From Thermodesulfobacterium commune DSM 2178 (GTDB lineage: Bacteria > Desulfobacterota > Thermodesulfobacteria > Thermodesulfobacteriales > Thermodesulfobacteriaceae), in assembly GCF_000734015.1 (NCBI RefSeq), contig NZ_CP008796.1, positions 1,650,001 through 1,682,000 of the forward strand: a stretch of 32,000 bases of DNA, read 5' to 3'. The notes beneath the pieces were generated by a model. It did not search any database, was not told the DNA's origin, and saw nothing but the letters and a program-made list of their open reading frames with translations. Within the stretch, counting starts at the first letter, position 1. Each line of letters begins with the position of its first letter. A program made the translations under genes and the position numbers. This document shows, one piece after another, positions 1-8,742 of the stretch.

Positions 1-1
1 T

Positions 2-133
2 CAGGTTATGGCGCTTTTTATCATAGGGTGTGCTGCTGGAGCTGTAGCTGTGGGTCTTATTCTCTTGGTTATAACCTATCGTAATAAAGCAACCTTAAAA
101 GTAGACGAATTCAATTTATTGAGGGAAGACTAA
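2..133 (+). CDS. nuoK: C-terminal fragment of a NuoK/MrpC-family small membrane subunit (5' end lies outside the window)
   Basis: The frame is open from the window edge to TAA 131-133 and translates to QVMALFIIGCAAGAVAVGLILLVITYRNKATLKVDEFNLLRED. This resembles the NuoK C-terminus as I remember it (GQVxAxF...AVGLxxLV..YR...VDE..L). The stop lies 1 nt before the next antiporter-like gene. It is absent from the ORF track because there is no start in the window. Confidence 0.6.
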   Translation, partial: QVMALFIIGCAAGAVAVGLILLVITYRNKATLKVDEFNLLRED

Positions 134-134
134 G

Positions 135-1616
135 ATGGTAGTAGAAACCTCTATCACACCTTTACTCTGTGTGCTGGTTTCTCTTTTAGCTATACCCTTT
201 ATCATCGCTACCGGAGAAAGGAATCCTAACTTAAGAGAATTCTGGTCTGTTTTGGCAGGTATAATCAAATTTATCTTGGTTTTATCGATGGTCCCTGAGG
301 TAGTTTCAGGAAAGATTTTAGAGTTTGAAGTTTTCTCTATACTTCCTGGGATCTCTTTGAAGTTTAGAGTAGATGCGATGGGACTGCTTTTTGCCCTTGG
401 AGCCTCATTTTTATGGATCATTACTACGTTTTATTCTATAGGATACATGAGGGGCCATCACGAACAAAAACAAACTCGATTTTATGCTTGTTTTGCTGGT
501 GCACTTTCTTCTACCATAGGGGTTGCCTTTTCTGCCAACCTTTTTACGATGTTTTTATTTTACGAAGCCCTTACCTTTGTAACCTATCCTTTAGTGGCTC
601 ATCATGAGACACAAGAGGCTCGAGCCGGGGCGAGAAAGTATGCCATTTATTTGATAGGTTCTGCTAAGCTGTTTTTGGTAGCAGCCATAACCATCACCTA
701 TCTTTTAGCAGGTACCCTTGAGTTTCAAAAAGGAGGAATCTTCCCTAGCCATATAGTAGAGGCTCATCGAGGACTTTTAAGTGTACTTTTTCTTATGTAT
801 TTTTATGGGTTTGCCAAGGCTGCTGCGATGCCTTTACATGGTTGGCTTCCTGCGGCGATGGTGGCTCCTACTCCAGTTTCTGCCCTTCTTCATGCGGTAG
901 CGGTGGTAAAAACCGGGGTTTTTACCGTGTTAAGAACCATATTTTTTGTGTTTGGTCAAGAAACGATGAAACTTCTTTATACCACGGATTTGGCTCTTTT
1001 TATAGCAGCTTTTACCATTACCACTGCTTCGATCATTGCCCTTACCAGAGATAACTTAAAAGCAAGGCTTGCCTATTCAACCGTTAGCCAACTTTCATAC
1101 ATCTTACTCGGTGCTCTTTTGCTTACCTATCATGGTACTATCGGAAGCATTATCCATATCTCTAACCATGCCTTTGCCAAAATAACCCTCTTTTTTTGTG
1201 CTGGCTCTATCTATGTTTGTGCTCACAAAACTGAGGTTAGTCAACTCGACGGTATAGCGAAAAAACTACCTATTACCATGGCCTCTTTTACGATAGGAGC
1301 ACTTGGTATGGTAGGTATCCCTATGGTAGGAGGCTTTATTACCAAATGGTATCTCCTTCTTGGTACCATAGAAGCCCACAATTTTTGGACCTTAGTTGTC
1401 CTTCTTTCTAGTTCTTTACTTAATGCAGGCTATTTTTTTCCCATAGTTTATAGAGCTTATTTTAAGGAATATAAGGGAGAAGGGCATGAAACCCATCATC
1501 CAGTCAAAGAAAACCCTTTTATGGCTACTACCCTTTTGATTACAGCTATCATCAGCGTTATTTTAGGTCTTTATCCGGACTTTTTAATAAACCTTGCTAA
1601 GGAGGTTATTAGGTGA
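135..1616 (+). CDS. Antiporter-like proton-translocating subunit (NuoL/MrpA/MrpD superfamily), 493 aa, with no C-terminal lateral helix
   Basis: Polytopic membrane protein carrying HGWLPAAMVAPTPVSALLHAVAVVKTGVF, LAYSTVSQLSYI and HAFAKITLFFCAG, the hallmark motifs of complex I/Mrp antiporter-like subunits. GAGGGAAG RBS lies before ATG 135. Confidence 0.85.
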   Translation: MVVETSITPLLCVLVSLLAIPFIIATGERNPNLREFWSVLAGIIKFILVLSMVPEVVSGKILEFEVFSILPGISLKFRVDAMGLLFALGASFLWIITTFYSIGYMRGHHEQKQTRFYACFAGALSSTIGVAFSANLFTMFLFYEALTFVTYPLVAHHETQEARAGARKYAIYLIGSAKLFLVAAITITYLLAGTLEFQKGGIFPSHIVEAHRGLLSVLFLMYFYGFAKAAAMPLHGWLPAAMVAPTPVSALLHAVAVVKTGVFTVLRTIFFVFGQETMKLLYTTDLALFIAAFTITTASIIALTRDNLKARLAYSTVSQLSYILLGALLLTYHGTIGSIIHISNHAFAKITLFFCAGSIYVCAHKTEVSQLDGIAKKLPITMASFTIGALGMVGIPMVGGFITKWYLLLGTIEAHNFWTLVVLLSSSLLNAGYFFPIVYRAYFKEYKGEGHETHHPVKENPFMATTLLITAIISVILGLYPDFLINLAKEVIR

Positions 1617-1762
1617 GCTTGCCTCAGGAAGATATAGCCCAAGAAAGACAAATACTAAAACATAACCCCTGGCCAGGATACAAAAGGGCATTTTACATAG
1701 TTTTTACCATTGCTGTTTTGTATTTGTTTTTCATCTTTTATCTGGGATACAGGCCTCACTAA
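1613..1762 (+). CDS. Small single-TM protein (49 aa), missing from the ORF track
   Basis: GTG 1613 overlaps the upstream TGA (GTGA). It translates to MSLPQEDIAQERQILKHNPWPGYKRAFYIVFTIAVLYLFFIFYLGYRPH and ends at TAA 1760-1762. It has one clear hydrophobic helix and fills an otherwise non-coding gap inside a tightly packed operon. Confidence 0.5.
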   Translation: MSLPQEDIAQERQILKHNPWPGYKRAFYIVFTIAVLYLFFIFYLGYRPH

Positions 1763-1776
1763 AGGGGGGTACCTTT

Positions 1777-2028
1777 ATGCAAGAAGAAAAAAAAGGTTTT
1801 TTTGATTATCAGGAAAACGTTAAGAGGTTTTTAAGAGGGTTTTATCTATTTTTGGTGCTGGTAGTTTTAATAGACCCTTTTATCCATAAACATGCTTATT
1901 TCGGTTTTGATGGTTATCCTTCTTTTTATGGAACCTTTGGTTTTGTAGCCTGTGTGTTGTTGGTGTTAGCAGCAAAGCACATTTTAAGGCCTCTGGTAAT
2001 GAGGAGGGAAGACTACTATGATGATTAA
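1777..2028 (+). CDS. Small two-TM membrane protein (83 aa), function unknown
   Basis: AAGGGGGG RBS lies 7 nt upstream of ATG 1777. Two hydrophobic helices are present (FYLFLVLVVLI, FGFVACVLLVLAA). Its 3' end overlaps the next gene by 11 nt. Confidence 0.65.
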   Translation: MQEEKKGFFDYQENVKRFLRGFYLFLVLVVLIDPFIHKHAYFGFDGYPSFYGTFGFVACVLLVLAAKHILRPLVMRREDYYDD

Positions 2029-3796
2029 CATACCCCCTGCACTCATCCTCATCTTTGGAAGTTTGTTAATCCCTTTTTTAAGAGGTAGGCTTAGGAGCGT
2101 TTATATAGTAGGATTACCGCTTTTGACTTTTTTCTATGTAATTAGTTTGTCAGAGGGTATCTCATGGGTTTTTAAGGTGCTTGATTTAGAGCTTGTTTTA
2201 AAAAGGGTAGACAGGTTGTCTTTGCCTTTTGGGTATATTTTTTCTTTAATTTCGGTTATAGCTGCCATCTACAGCCTTCATGTTAAAGACAACCTTCATT
2301 TAGTATCTGCTTTTATCTATGCAGGTGCAGCTTTAGGGGTGGTTTTCGCAGGAGACTTAGCTACACTTTATGTTTTCTGGGAGATTATGGCCTTAGCTTC
2401 AACCTTGGTCATCCTTACAGCTAGGAATAAAAAAGCTATCTCCGCAGGCATGAGATATCTGTTGGTTCATTTAGCCGGAGGTTTATTGCTTTTAGGTGGT
2501 ATGGTACTCTGGTTTAAACAAACAGGTTCTCTTAAGTTTGAATATATCGGGTTGAATTATCAAGATTTAGCTTCTTGGCTTATCTTTTTGGGTTTTGGGA
2601 TTAACGCTGCCTTTCCTATCCTTCATGCCTGGCTTCCTGATGCTTATCCTGAATCTACGGAAACAGGAACGGTCTTCCTTTCTGCTTTTACCACCAAGAC
2701 AGCAGTCTATGTTTTGGCAAGAGGTTTTTACGGGACAGAGCTTTTAATTTATATAGGGGCTTTGATGACCGCTTTTCCTATATTTTATGCCGTGATCGAA
2801 AATAATCTCAGGCGAGTGCTTTCCTATAGCCTTATAAACCAGGTTGGATTTATGATCACAGGTATTGGGATTGGGACCCAACTTTCTTTAAACGGTACAG
2901 TAGCCCATGCCTTTTGCCATATCCTGTATAAAGCCTTGCTTTTTATGTCTATGGGGGCAGTGCTTTATAGAACTGGGAAGATTAATGCCACTGACCTGGG
3001 GGGATTATATAAGTATATGCCTCTTACGACGATATTCTGTATCGTTGGTGCAGCTTCTATTTCTGGTGTTCCTTTAACCAGTGGTTTTGTTAGTAAGTCT
3101 ATGATAGTTTCTGCCGCTGGTGAAGGAGGAATGCTATTTATATGGTTGACGCTTTTATTTGCTTCTGCTGGTGTATTCCATCACTCGGGAATTAAAATTC
3201 CCTTTTTTGCCTTTTTCAGCCATGACTCTGGCTTAAAACCTAAGGAAGCCCCTACTCATATGTTGGTAGCCATGGGAATAGCGGCTTTTCTATGTGTGGC
3301 TATAGGTATTTTCCCTGGAACGCTTTATGGTATCTTACCTTATCCTGTAGATTATAACCCTTATACCCCAGCCCATGTAATCGATCAAACACAGCTTCTT
3401 GCTTTTTCGGCCTTAGCCTTTACCCTACTTATGCTTTCAGGCCTTTATCCTCCTGAAATCAGATGTGTAAACCTTGATACCGACTGGTTTTATCGCAAGG
3501 CCACAGCTGGGTTTTTGTTTTTGGCAGAAAAGGTGATCGCTAAGATAGACTACCAGATAATCGGTGAGGCTTACGAAAAAATCTTTGTAAGAGGTATGTT
3601 AGCCTTAGCAAGGCTTTCTAAAAAATTTGATACTTCTGGGGTTGACAAAAGTTATCATAACTTAGCCAAAGGATCTTTAAAGTTAAGTGAGATTATAAAA
3701 GTAATCCAAACAGGAAAGGTTTCAGATTATGCCTTTCTCATGATCATAGGTTTGATAACCCTTTTGTTAATTTTGGTTTTACCGATGCTTTCTTAA
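2018..3796 (+). CDS. Antiporter-like subunit with a NuoL-type C-terminal amphipathic (lateral) helix and a terminal TM anchor, 592 aa
   Basis: Core motifs are HAWLPDAYPESTETGTVFLSAFTTKTAVY, SLINQVGFMITG and HAFCHILYKALLFMSMG. The C-terminus has about 90 charged/amphipathic residues (YRKATAGF...IQTGKVSDY) followed by one TM (AFLMIIGLITLLLILVLPML), which mimics the NuoL HL+TM16 topology. Confidence 0.85.
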   Translation: MMINIPPALILIFGSLLIPFLRGRLRSVYIVGLPLLTFFYVISLSEGISWVFKVLDLELVLKRVDRLSLPFGYIFSLISVIAAIYSLHVKDNLHLVSAFIYAGAALGVVFAGDLATLYVFWEIMALASTLVILTARNKKAISAGMRYLLVHLAGGLLLLGGMVLWFKQTGSLKFEYIGLNYQDLASWLIFLGFGINAAFPILHAWLPDAYPESTETGTVFLSAFTTKTAVYVLARGFYGTELLIYIGALMTAFPIFYAVIENNLRRVLSYSLINQVGFMITGIGIGTQLSLNGTVAHAFCHILYKALLFMSMGAVLYRTGKINATDLGGLYKYMPLTTIFCIVGAASISGVPLTSGFVSKSMIVSAAGEGGMLFIWLTLLFASAGVFHHSGIKIPFFAFFSHDSGLKPKEAPTHMLVAMGIAAFLCVAIGIFPGTLYGILPYPVDYNPYTPAHVIDQTQLLAFSALAFTLLMLSGLYPPEIRCVNLDTDWFYRKATAGFLFLAEKVIAKIDYQIIGEAYEKIFVRGMLALARLSKKFDTSGVDKSYHNLAKGSLKLSEIIKVIQTGKVSDYAFLMIIGLITLLLILVLPMLS

Positions 3797-3808
3797 AGGG
3801 GTGAGTAG

Positions 3809-5275
3809 ATGGGTGAATTAGGCTTTCCAACCCTTTCTTTTCTTATTTTCTTTCCTTTGTTAGGGGCTGCTTTGATCTTTCTGGTTAAAAAAGAGAGTTT
3901 GGCTAAGTTTATTGCCTTAGGGACTACCCTGTTAAACTTGGTCTTTGGTATTCCTTTGTGGACAAATTTTGACAAAACCAATCCACAGTTTCAATTTGTA
4001 GAAACCTTTTGGTGGATTCCTTTCTTAAACGCTTACTATAAGGTCGGGATAGATGGAATAAGTTTACTTTTTGTTATGTTAACCCTTTTAATCAGTGTTT
4101 TATGTGTGTTGTGTTCCTGGACAGCTATTAAACAAAGGGTAAAAGAGTTTTATGCTTTACTTTTGATGATGGAAACCATCATGTTAGGTGTTTTTTGTGC
4201 GTTAGACATGTTTTTGTTTTATGTCTTTTGGGAAGCGATGCTTATCCCGATGTTTTTGCTTATAGGTATCTGGGGTAGTCACAACAGAATTTATGCCTCG
4301 GTTAAGTTTGTAATCTTTACCTTTGCTGGTAGTGTGTTGATGTTAATAGGAATTATCGTGCTTTATTATGCAGGAGGAAAGACTTTTGATGTCATAGAGC
4401 TTTCTAAAGTTCAATTGCCTGTAAACCTTCAATACTGGCTGTTTTTAGCCTTTTTTGTAGCTTTTGCCGTGAAGGTTCCCATGTTTCCCTTCCATACCTG
4501 GCTTCCTGATGCCCATACAGAAGCCCCTACCGCAGGTTCAGTGATTTTGGCTGGTATCCTTCTTAAAGTTGGGGCTTATGGATTTTTAAGGTTTACCATT
4601 CCTTTCTGTCCAGAAGCAACCCTTGGATTAAAAGAGATGATGCAAATAATTTCTGTTATAGCGATTATTTATGGAGCCTTAGTCACCCTTATGCAAACAG
4701 ACTTTAAACGTTTGATAGCCTATTCCAGTATAAGCCACATGGGTTTTGTTACGTTGGGTATCTTTACCCTAAATAAAGAAGCTATAGAAGGAGCGATCCT
4801 TCAAATGATCAATCACGGTATAGTAACTGGTGCACTTTTTATGTGTATAGGTGTTATCTACGAAAGAACACACACAAGAGACCTGAGTAAATATGGAGGA
4901 CTTGGAGAGGTTGTTCCGATTTTTGTGTTTTTTTATACCCTTTTTTCTGCGGCAGCCATAGGTTTTCCAGGCACTAACTCTTTTATAGGGGAATTTTTGA
5001 TAGCCCTTGGTGTTTTTAAAGACAGAATCCTTTTAGGAGCTTTTTTACCTCTGGGATTTGTCTTGGGAACCGCTTATATGGTTTGGCTTTATTATCGGGT
5101 TGTATTTAAAGAGGTGCCTGCTGAGATTAAAGACCAACTTTATGACCTCAACCTAAGAGAAGTGCTAATGTTTATACCTTTAGTGGTCTTGGTTTTTATG
5201 ATAGGTTTTTATCCCCAGGTGCTTTTAGGTGTGTTAAAGGACTCGGTGATACAAATCATCAATTTTCTAACCTAA
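3809..5275 (+). CDS. nuoM: NADH-quinone oxidoreductase subunit M
   Basis: FPFHTWLPDAHTEAPTAGSVILAGILLKVGAYGFLRF and LIAYSSISHMGFV are canonical NuoM motifs. It is 488 aa and sits directly before nuoN. Confidence 0.9.
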   Translation: MGELGFPTLSFLIFFPLLGAALIFLVKKESLAKFIALGTTLLNLVFGIPLWTNFDKTNPQFQFVETFWWIPFLNAYYKVGIDGISLLFVMLTLLISVLCVLCSWTAIKQRVKEFYALLLMMETIMLGVFCALDMFLFYVFWEAMLIPMFLLIGIWGSHNRIYASVKFVIFTFAGSVLMLIGIIVLYYAGGKTFDVIELSKVQLPVNLQYWLFLAFFVAFAVKVPMFPFHTWLPDAHTEAPTAGSVILAGILLKVGAYGFLRFTIPFCPEATLGLKEMMQIISVIAIIYGALVTLMQTDFKRLIAYSSISHMGFVTLGIFTLNKEAIEGAILQMINHGIVTGALFMCIGVIYERTHTRDLSKYGGLGEVVPIFVFFYTLFSAAAIGFPGTNSFIGEFLIALGVFKDRILLGAFLPLGFVLGTAYMVWLYYRVVFKEVPAEIKDQLYDLNLREVLMFIPLVVLVFMIGFYPQVLLGVLKDSVIQIINFLT

Positions 5276-5305
5276 GGCCTTTAGAAATAGTTTTAGGAGG
5301 TAACC

Positions 5306-6670
5306 ATGATAAACTTGACTCCGTTTTTTCCTGAACTTCTTTTTATAGGATTTACTTTGTTTTATTTTGTATTAGGCCTTTGGATAAAAAAAAGGGTGGT
5401 TCATTCCTTGCTGGTAATCGCTTTTTCTGTTTTAACTTTGCTTACGTTGTTTCAGGTTCAGGGAGAAGCCTTTAAAGGGATGTTTGTAGCTGATCCCTTT
5501 AGTCAAACCTTAAAACTTGTGTTTTTGATAAACTTAGGGATTTGTAGCCTTTTGGGTATGAATTACTCCCAGATAAAGGATGACCTCTTTTATGAGTTTA
5601 ACCTTCTTCTTATGCTTAGCACCTTAGGGATGATGTTTATGGTTTCTTCTAAGGAACTTTTAAGTCTTTTTCTTTCTTTAGAGTTTATGTCCCTTTGTCT
5701 TTATCTTTTGGCTGGTTTTGTGGTAACAGACCCTAAGACAAACGAGGCCTCACTTAAGTATTATCTCTTAGGTAGTATGTTTTCAGCCTTGTTGATTTTA
5801 GGGATTTCTATCTTTTACAGTATATTTGGAGGAACAACCTTTAAGATTATCGCTGAAAACCTTCCTTTGATGTCTCAACATCCGTTTTATCTTTTTACGG
5901 GAATTATATTGATCCTTTCTGCCTTTACTTTTAAGGCTGGGCTTGCCCCTTTTCATCAGTGGTCTCCTGATGTTTACGAAGGCGCTCCTACTCCGGTTAC
6001 AGCTTTTATGTCTGTAGGCCCTAAGGTTGCTGCCATAGGGGCTATGGCAAGTTTTCTCACCGAAGCTTTGTCTCAAAAACCTGAACTATGGGTAGGCCCT
6101 TTGATTTTTGTAGCCCTTTTAACCGCGGCCATAGGTAATATCTTAGCCTTAAGACAGGTCAATCTTAAACGTCTTCTTGCCTATTCTTCTATAGCCCATG
6201 CAGGCTATCTTTTACTTGCGGTTATAGCCTGCTCAACCTCAGGACTCAAGGCTATTTCTTTTTATGCCCTTGTATATACCTTTATGAACCTTGGTGCTTT
6301 TGCTACTCTTATTTCTTTTCCTCAAGGAGAAAGGATAAATGCCTTTTTAGGACTTTCTCAGGCTAACCTATTTTTAGCTATATCCATGTTAGTTTTCCTT
6401 TTTTCCCTGACAGGCCTTCCCCCTTTTGGTGGTTTTGTAGCCAAATTCTTTATATTTAAGTCTATCATAGAATCTGGATATACCTGGGTTGCGGTAATCT
6501 GTATTCTTTTCAGCATCCTTTCTGCATACTACTATCTAAGGGTAGGTGTAAAGATGTTTTTTTATGAAGGGCAAATCTCTATGCCTTCTATGGCTATATC
6601 TTTAAGATTGGTACTTGTTGTTGCCTTATGCTTTACCATTATCCTCGGGGTTTTCCCCTTTTTGCCTTAA
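5306..6670 (+). CDS. nuoN: NADH-quinone oxidoreductase subunit N
   Basis: APFHQWSPDVYEGAPTPVTAFMSVGPKVAA and LLAYSSIAHAGYLL are canonical NuoN motifs. It is 454 aa and is the last gene of the nuo-type arm. Confidence 0.9.
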   Translation: MINLTPFFPELLFIGFTLFYFVLGLWIKKRVVHSLLVIAFSVLTLLTLFQVQGEAFKGMFVADPFSQTLKLVFLINLGICSLLGMNYSQIKDDLFYEFNLLLMLSTLGMMFMVSSKELLSLFLSLEFMSLCLYLLAGFVVTDPKTNEASLKYYLLGSMFSALLILGISIFYSIFGGTTFKIIAENLPLMSQHPFYLFTGIILILSAFTFKAGLAPFHQWSPDVYEGAPTPVTAFMSVGPKVAAIGAMASFLTEALSQKPELWVGPLIFVALLTAAIGNILALRQVNLKRLLAYSSIAHAGYLLLAVIACSTSGLKAISFYALVYTFMNLGAFATLISFPQGERINAFLGLSQANLFLAISMLVFLFSLTGLPPFGGFVAKFFIFKSIIESGYTWVAVICILFSILSAYYYLRVGVKMFFYEGQISMPSMAISLRLVLVVALCFTIILGVFPFLP

Positions 6671-6706
6671 AAATATCTGTAATAAACATAAAAAGGAGGG
6701 ATTGGT

Positions 6707-8665
6707 ATGGCCAATCTTTCATTAATTCAACAGTTAAAAAAGAGACTTTTTTACATTTCATTGATCTTCTTTTTGACAAGTGGCTTCTTTTTGTATGTGG
6801 TTACCAAACATTTTATCTATGCTAAGGATACAGAAAAACTTATTGGGATTCTTGCGAACGCGTATAAGATAACCATTAAAGATGAAGGAGAAACTCTTGC
6901 ATCCTATGCCTCCTTGTTGGCCAATAGAGCTGTCAGTGATGTTTATGTATCTTTACTTAAGGAAGCAGGTACCCTTTCTGAGGTAAATGATGCCAATAAA
7001 AAGATTTTCGAAAAGTATGGTCAGATCCTTCGTGAAACAGTTACCCCCCAGATTAAAGCAGCTGGATTAAGTAAATATCATATACATTTTCATCTCCCTG
7101 GCCCAAGGTCTTTTTTACGCTGGAACCGTCCTCAAGGGGAAGATGTAAAACTTGACGACTTATCCACTTTTCGTTTTACTGTAGCTAAAGTGCAGAAGGA
7201 AAAACAGCTTCTTACTGGACTTGAGGCAGGAAGAGACGGTCTTTTCCTTAGGGGTATTGCTCCTATAGTAAGAGATGGACAAACCATTGGTTCTGTTGAA
7301 TTGGGAATGAATCTTAGAGATTTAGTTAAAAATTTACAGTCTACTTATACTCAAATTTCCCATTATGTGATCCTTGTAAACAAGGACTTAGAAAAGATTA
7401 TGAGCCCTTATCTTGCTAAGGGTGAGGCCAAAGTCTTAGACAAAGGAATTCTTTATTCTAAAACCGAAAACATCGAAGAGAACTTACTAAAAAAGCTTAT
7501 TAATGCCAAAAAATACCCTGTGGAGGTTGGCTCTTTAGTTTTTCACGCCATTCCTCTTTATGATTATTCAAACAACCAGATAGGATTTATTATCATAGGT
7601 ATCAAGCGTGGAGAGATTATAAATCTTTTTCGTTTTAGCGGATTTATCTTGGGGCTTGTTGCCTTTGTGGTGTTTTTCTTTGGTTTTATGGTGATAAACA
7701 AAACCTTACAGAAAATCTCACAATCTTTGTCAGACACAACCAATATGGTAGAAGAACTCGGTAGAGGTGGAGGCGATTTAACCTTTAGATTTGAAGTTAA
7801 GTCTCAAGACGAGTTAGGAGTGTTAGCCTCTAAATTTAACCATTTCTTAGAAACTTTAGCTTCGATAGTTAAAAACCTAATAGAAAAGGCTGAGGATTTG
7901 TTTAGACTTTCTAAAAAACTTCAAGACGATGTAGACACCACCTTTAACTCTGTTAAGGAATTTACGGAAAAAGCAGACCTTATAAGTGCAAGTTCATCTG
8001 AGACCGTAGAGGTTATAAATAATGTGACCACTCAACTTGATGAGCTTACTAAAGCCATCAAAGAGATAAGCGAAAAAGCCCAGTTAAGCAAGTCAATCGT
8101 AGCTGATACTGCCAGAGAAGTAGATAAATCAAAAAATTTAGTAGAAGAGTTGATTTCATCTTCTTCAACGATCATAGAAGTAGTAGACCTGATTAAAGAT
8201 ATCGCAGACCAGACCAATCTTCTTGCCCTCAATGCATCGATTGAGGCAGCTCGTGCTGGGGAAGCTGGCAAGGGGTTTACCGTAGTAGCCAACGAAGTTA
8301 AAGAGCTTGCCAAACAAACACAAGTTGCTACAGAAAACATCAAGAAAAAGATCGACCTTTTATTACAGAATAGCAATTCAGTTGCTCATTCTGTAGGAAG
8401 TATCGTAGAAATGATGAAAAAAGTAGAAGAGGCATCGGTGGCTATCGCTGCAGCAGTTGAAGAACAGGCTATAGTTGTCCAAAACGTCTTTGAGCATATT
8501 ACTTTTGCCAGAGACAAAGTGCTTTTAAACGAAGACCACGCTCAAGCCATAAAGATTGGTGTAGAAAAATTGATTAGCTCTTCTCAAAAGCTTAAGGCAT
8601 CAGGTGAAGAAGTAGGAAGAATTGCTGAAGAGATTAAAGATATAGTTTCTCAGTTTAAGGTATAA
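6707..8665 (+). CDS. Methyl-accepting chemotaxis protein with a periplasmic Cache-type sensor, HAMP and MCP signalling domains
   Basis: N-terminal TM, then about 280 aa between the TMs with a Cache-like pattern ([15 protein letters not shown]...[10 protein letters not shown]...[17 protein letters not shown]). HAMP segment is [25 protein letters not shown]. The highly conserved MCP hairpin is [50 protein letters not shown]. Confidence 0.92.
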   Translation: MANLSLIQQLKKRLFYISLIFFLTSGFFLYVVTKHFIYAKDTEKLIGILANAYKITIKDEGETLASYASLLANRAVSDVYVSLLKEAGTLSEVNDANKKIFEKYGQILRETVTPQIKAAGLSKYHIHFHLPGPRSFLRWNRPQGEDVKLDDLSTFRFTVAKVQKEKQLLTGLEAGRDGLFLRGIAPIVRDGQTIGSVELGMNLRDLVKNLQSTYTQISHYVILVNKDLEKIMSPYLAKGEAKVLDKGILYSKTENIEENLLKKLINAKKYPVEVGSLVFHAIPLYDYSNNQIGFIIIGIKRGEIINLFRFSGFILGLVAFVVFFFGFMVINKTLQKISQSLSDTTNMVEELGRGGGDLTFRFEVKSQDELGVLASKFNHFLETLASIVKNLIEKAEDLFRLSKKLQDDVDTTFNSVKEFTEKADLISASSSETVEVINNVTTQLDELTKAIKEISEKAQLSKSIVADTAREVDKSKNLVEELISSSSTIIEVVDLIKDIADQTNLLALNASIEAARAGEAGKGFTVVANEVKELAKQTQVATENIKKKIDLLLQNSNSVAHSVGSIVEMMKKVEEASVAIAAAVEEQAIVVQNVFEHITFARDKVLLNEDHAQAIKIGVEKLISSSQKLKASGEEVGRIAEEIKDIVSQFKV

Positions 8666-8686
8666 TGTATAATCTTAGGTCAATTA

Positions 8687-8709
8687 GGCTCCCTCCTTTA
8701 GAGGGAGCC
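8687..8709 (+). terminator. GC-rich hairpin between convergent genes; likely intrinsic terminator of the MCP transcript
   Basis: GGCTCCCTC (8687-8695), loop CTTTA, GAGGGAGCC (8701-8709) form a perfect 9-bp stem. A T-rich tract follows on the + strand (TATAGATTTATTTTATGTTTT). On the minus strand no U-tract follows. Confidence 0.55.
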
Positions 8710-8718
8710 TATAGATTT

Positions 8719-8742
8719 ATTTTATGTTTTATTTTATGTTTT
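8719..8742. repeat. Perfect 12-bp tandem duplication (ATTTTATGTTTT x2)
   Basis: Read directly: copies at 8719-8730 and 8731-8742. The second copy runs into the stop codon (TTA 8741-8743 on + = TAA on -) of the response regulator gene. Confidence 0.9.

Noticed and set aside
2-133. Apparent replacement of the conserved TM3 glutamate of NuoK (AAAE to AAGA) in the fragment
   Set aside because: The alignment was done from memory on a 43-residue fragment, and the register is uncertain. MrpC-type homologues differ here anyway. It cannot be supported without the full protein and a real alignment.
8032-8376. 114-aa antisense ORF inside the MCP gene, and similar nested or antisense ORFs at 116-421, 413-607, 842-1054, 3793-3981, 5798-6076, 6628-6825, 9072-9329, 9408-9659, 10165-10410, 13755-13937, 15233-15451, 15775-15975, 17785-18081, 18387-18587, 19778-20089, 20376-20627, 20384-20617, 23020-23238, 24391-24618, 27016-27240, 27680-27883, 27694-27879, 28099-28284, 28861-29091 and 31721-31921
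   Set aside because: Each lies within or overlaps a longer ORF that has strong family motifs. Their translations are compositionally odd (Ser/Pro/Arg-rich or low complexity) and lack RBSs. They are typical shadow ORFs.
8719-8742. 12-bp tandem duplication, checked as a possible CRISPR, VNTR or regulatory repeat
   Set aside because: There are only two copies of an AT-rich unit, lying within the T-rich terminator tail and the stop region of the RR gene. This fits slippage. No spacer-repeat architecture exists anywhere in the window.
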